NCBI RefSeq assembly: GCF_006345805.1
Contig: NW_021826408.1
Coordinates: 1 to 13,194 of the forward strand
From: Octopus sinensis
Lineage: Eukaryota
DNA length: 13,194 bases
Direction of reading: 5' to 3'
Positions 10,055-13,194 of this stretch are shown piece by piece. The position numbers and the translations under genes were made by a program. The notes beneath the pieces are model-generated. The model searched no databases, was not told where the DNA came from, and worked only from the letters and a program-made list of their open reading frames with translations. Positions within the stretch are counted from its first letter, which is position 1. Each line of letters begins with the position of its first letter.

Positions 10055-10555
10055 GTAACACTAATTTAATGTTAATTGCCTATATATAATTTCGTAAAAT
10101 TTATGTCCTTTTTTGCTCTTGACTCTGAACAACTTTCATGTACTTGCTCATGACCTGTAATTCTTAATTTGGAGGAAATTCTAGGATTGAAGTGGGTGGG
10201 AAATTTGAAGATTCTGGTAGAGAAATATTTGAGGAAGAAAATATATCCTCCATCATTTTCATATTGCGTTTTCCTAGATTTATTTTCGACTTAATTTATG
10301 ATTTTAAGAATTTTGATATTAACTTAATATAACATTGATACTATATCAATATTATATATATATATATATATATGTATATAACCTTAACATTGATAATCTG
10401 TATTAACGTATTTTGAATACATATCTGTTATCTCCTAACACATGAAGTGTGAGGTTTTGGTATGGTAAAAATAAAAAACAAAACAAAAGAACTTAAGAAA
10501 CACTGATATAGAGATTATAAGAGATAGTATATGGATTAAAACTTCTATTTATGCA

Positions 10556-10615
10556 GTATATATATATATATATATACATACATATATCATATATATATAT
10601 ACATATATATATTTA

Positions 10616-10649
<34 letters not shown>

Positions 10650-10815
10650 ATATATATATACACCCATATATATATATATATAAATTCATATATATATATA
10701 AATTCATATATATATACACATACATATATATATATAATATATATGTATACACACATACACAAACACACACACACACACACTCACATATATATATACAAAT
10801 ATTTGTGTGTGTGTA
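10556..10815. repeat. (TA)n / (CA)n microsatellite
   Basis: Directly visible. Confidence 0.9.
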
Positions 10816-10990
10816 TGTATTTATGGAGACAAACCTCATTCCTCTATGTGATGAGCTTGAGAAATTATTAAGATATTAAGATATCTTCTTTCACATGAAA
10901 CCAATGGTAACCCTAATAGACATACACACATAAAGAAACTTTATCCACAAATGCGGTGTTGAGTGCTCATTCTCCTTGTTCAACATTTAC

Positions 10991-11184
<194 letters not shown>

Positions 11185-11382
11185 CCCCATGATAGATCGA
11201 TAGCCACTACACACACATTTTTTCTCTCCTTTCTCTCCTTGTTTTTTCTGTGTCCCTTTCTGTAGAAGAGCGTATGCTCGAAACGTGAAAGACTTTTCTC
11301 TATTTCTGAGCGTTATACTAATACATCTGTTTGTTTTGTACATCACCTGTCTTCGTCTTTTTTTTTTTTCGTAAACTCGCCC
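11185..11382 (+). mobile_element. Penelope-like terminal fragment with degenerate hammerhead motif (11256-11291)
   Basis: CUUU-CUGUAGA-A-GAGC(GUAU)GCUC-GAAAC-GUG-AAAG, then TTTCTGAGCGTTATACTAATAC; flanked by (TAGA)n and (TA)n. Same architecture as 1785-1962. Confidence 0.6.
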
Positions 11383-12039
11383 TATATATATATATATATA
11401 TATATATAGTGCTTTTTTGAAGATGTTAATGTATAGAGCGAAATCAGCTCTGACCGAGTAGAATCTCCATTCAAAGAATGCTAACTAAGGAACCAATCTT
11501 GTACTATATCTTCAGATATTATCTCTAAATGGTACTTCTGTTATGTCAATCGCTTTCTAACACAATACAATGAAATTGAAGGCAAATCTATTTATGTATG
11601 GCAGTTCAATTTCTGATGCGTTTATCTCGGCGTTACCCCGTATGTCGTTACCCTAGCTGTAATTAGGGCCCAGTGTGTGGGTGCAGTTTATTGCTGTAAG
11701 CAACGAGAGCACTGTATCTTGAACGAGTGTTTCATTAGCTTGCAACGCTGACTTCCATCCATCTCACAGTCCTGAAATTACCCAGTAATAAGTACGTCGA
11801 ACATGATTTCATGTTACCTTCGTTAAAATCTACATGAAGCCAACACTTTTAAGTCAGTTCATATAGTCCAGAAAGTAACGAGAAGAAACTATAGAAAATT
11901 TGTTAAAACTTTTATATTTACTGTTTGCAACGATTTATATATAAGAATCTGAAAATGTATTTTCCCCCACTATTACGTATATTCCTTCCTTATCCCATAC
12001 ATTGATCACCTGTTTTGTGTGCGCGTATATATATATAAT

Positions 12040-12082
<43 letters not shown>

Positions 12083-12458
12083 TCAAAGGACATACTAAGT
12101 ATGTCTACCTGCTTGAAATAACAGTCAAAACTCTTATTAAATCGCCAAAAATACACTGATGAAAACTACAGAAATCAAACGAAGTCAAAATTAGGTTAAG
12201 ACAATCTACTAACATATCTGGGCTCACGTGGACCGGATTCTGCACTGGCAAAATAAGCCTTAGCTTCTTCACCACGCGTTACCATGATTAGAGATTCCCA
12301 ACCCATCGCTTTGAACAGATTCGTTCGCTTTGAACTGATTCGTTTCGCGCCGAAATCACAGCAGCCATCAGTGTAAAATACTCTCGATATAATTCACCAT
12401 TGGATAATAATAGAATTACTGACACCTTCGTAAATTAATATATATGTGTATATATATA

Positions 12459-12508
<50 letters not shown>

Positions 12509-12729
12509 TATATATTATATAAGTAAATCTGTAAATCAAAAGTAGGAGAAGAGAACAACAACGGAATCGAACAAAACACAACATGCGGAAAAATAGACAA
12601 TAACGTAAACGGTTAACATAAAAAATGGCAAACAGGGCAGAAACAAGATAGACAGACGATTCACAGCAGATTTCCTACATACATACATAACTGAAAATTA
12701 TAGAAAAACAAACGTCGAAGACAGGTGTA

Positions 12730-12850
12730 TTAACCTCATGGCTCCATGTTCAGTCCTAATACAAGGCTCCTAGTCGACGAAAGCCTTGTGAGTAGATTTG
12801 GTAGATGGAAACTAAAAACTTCGTTGACGGAAACTGAAAGAAGCCCGTTA
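12730..12850 (+). mobile_element. Rearranged fragment of the SINE family seen at 1991-2125
   Basis: AAAGCCTTGTGAGTAGATTTGGTAGATGGAAACT...GACGGAAACTGAAAGAAGCCCGT matches ~2075-2121, with an internal deletion and a duplicated GGAAACT. Confidence 0.75.
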
Positions 12851-13157
12851 TAGTGAGATGGGAAGCGACCTGTGAAGGCGTAAGTAGGAAACCTTGTTAT
12901 AGGAAGAGGAAATACTTAGATAAATCCACTATATACCATGCTCCGGCATCCAGTAGCCACATGAAAATTCGATACGGCTTACAGAGGACTCCTTCCTTTA
13001 TAATATACATAGCAGTTAATTTCGTTATCCTTACCAAGGAAACACCAGAACTCTTTCAAAACAGATTTAGTATTCAATAGACAAAGGAGAGATCGCCAGT
13101 GTTTCAGGGACAGTATTGGAGAAAGAACAGACATTGCAGCAGAGAACATCTCCATGA

Positions 13158-13194
13158 GAACTCCGTCTCTCGAACTCCGTCTCTCGAACTCCGA
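13158..13194. repeat. 14-bp tandem repeat (GAACTCCGTCTCTC)n, possibly continuing beyond the window
   Basis: Two perfect units (13158-13171, 13172-13185) and a partial third. Confidence 0.85.

Noticed and set aside
12156-12176. CTGATGA...GAAAT hammerhead-like boxes
   Set aside because: The intervening AAACTACA cannot form stem II, and there is no stem I or III.
12690-12730. Minus-strand fragment of the Penelope-like terminus (CGAAGACAGGTG = reverse complement of 11344-11355)
   Set aside because: Only a ~12-nt exact match; suggestive but too short to annotate.
12853-13157. Possible decayed LINE ORF2 C-terminus (SLPRKHQNSFKTDL) or downstream neurophysin exon
   Set aside because: No neurophysin cysteine pattern; LINE similarity is too weak to call without a profile search.
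13158-13194. CRISPR-like repeat
   Set aside because: Units are adjacent with no spacers, and the context is eukaryotic.

Overview
Repeat-rich eukaryotic genomic DNA, almost certainly from an octopus. The only convincing coding sequence is a 156-nt exon at 8387-8542 (+). It encodes a signal peptide, the nonapeptide CYFRNCPIG, a GKR amidation/cleavage site and the start of a neurophysin, i.e. prepro-cephalotocin (oxytocin/vasopressin family). The exon ends at a strong GTAAGT donor, and the rest of the window appears to be intron; no intact neurophysin exon was found. The remaining sequence is microsatellites ((TA)n, (ACAT)n, (AAT)n, (TAGA)n and a ~3 kb CAC/CAT tract), several tRNA-derived SINEs, two fold-back palindromes, and two Penelope-like terminal fragments carrying minimal hammerhead-ribozyme motifs. 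Nearly all long ORFs in the track are low-complexity artefacts. Most notable: (1) an intron in a gene I recall being reported as single-exon in octopus; (2) hammerhead motifs with covarying stem I; (3) a possible decayed neurophysin-like exon inside the intron. I see no clear evidence of a wholly new biological system. Family names and literature points are from memory and need database confirmation.
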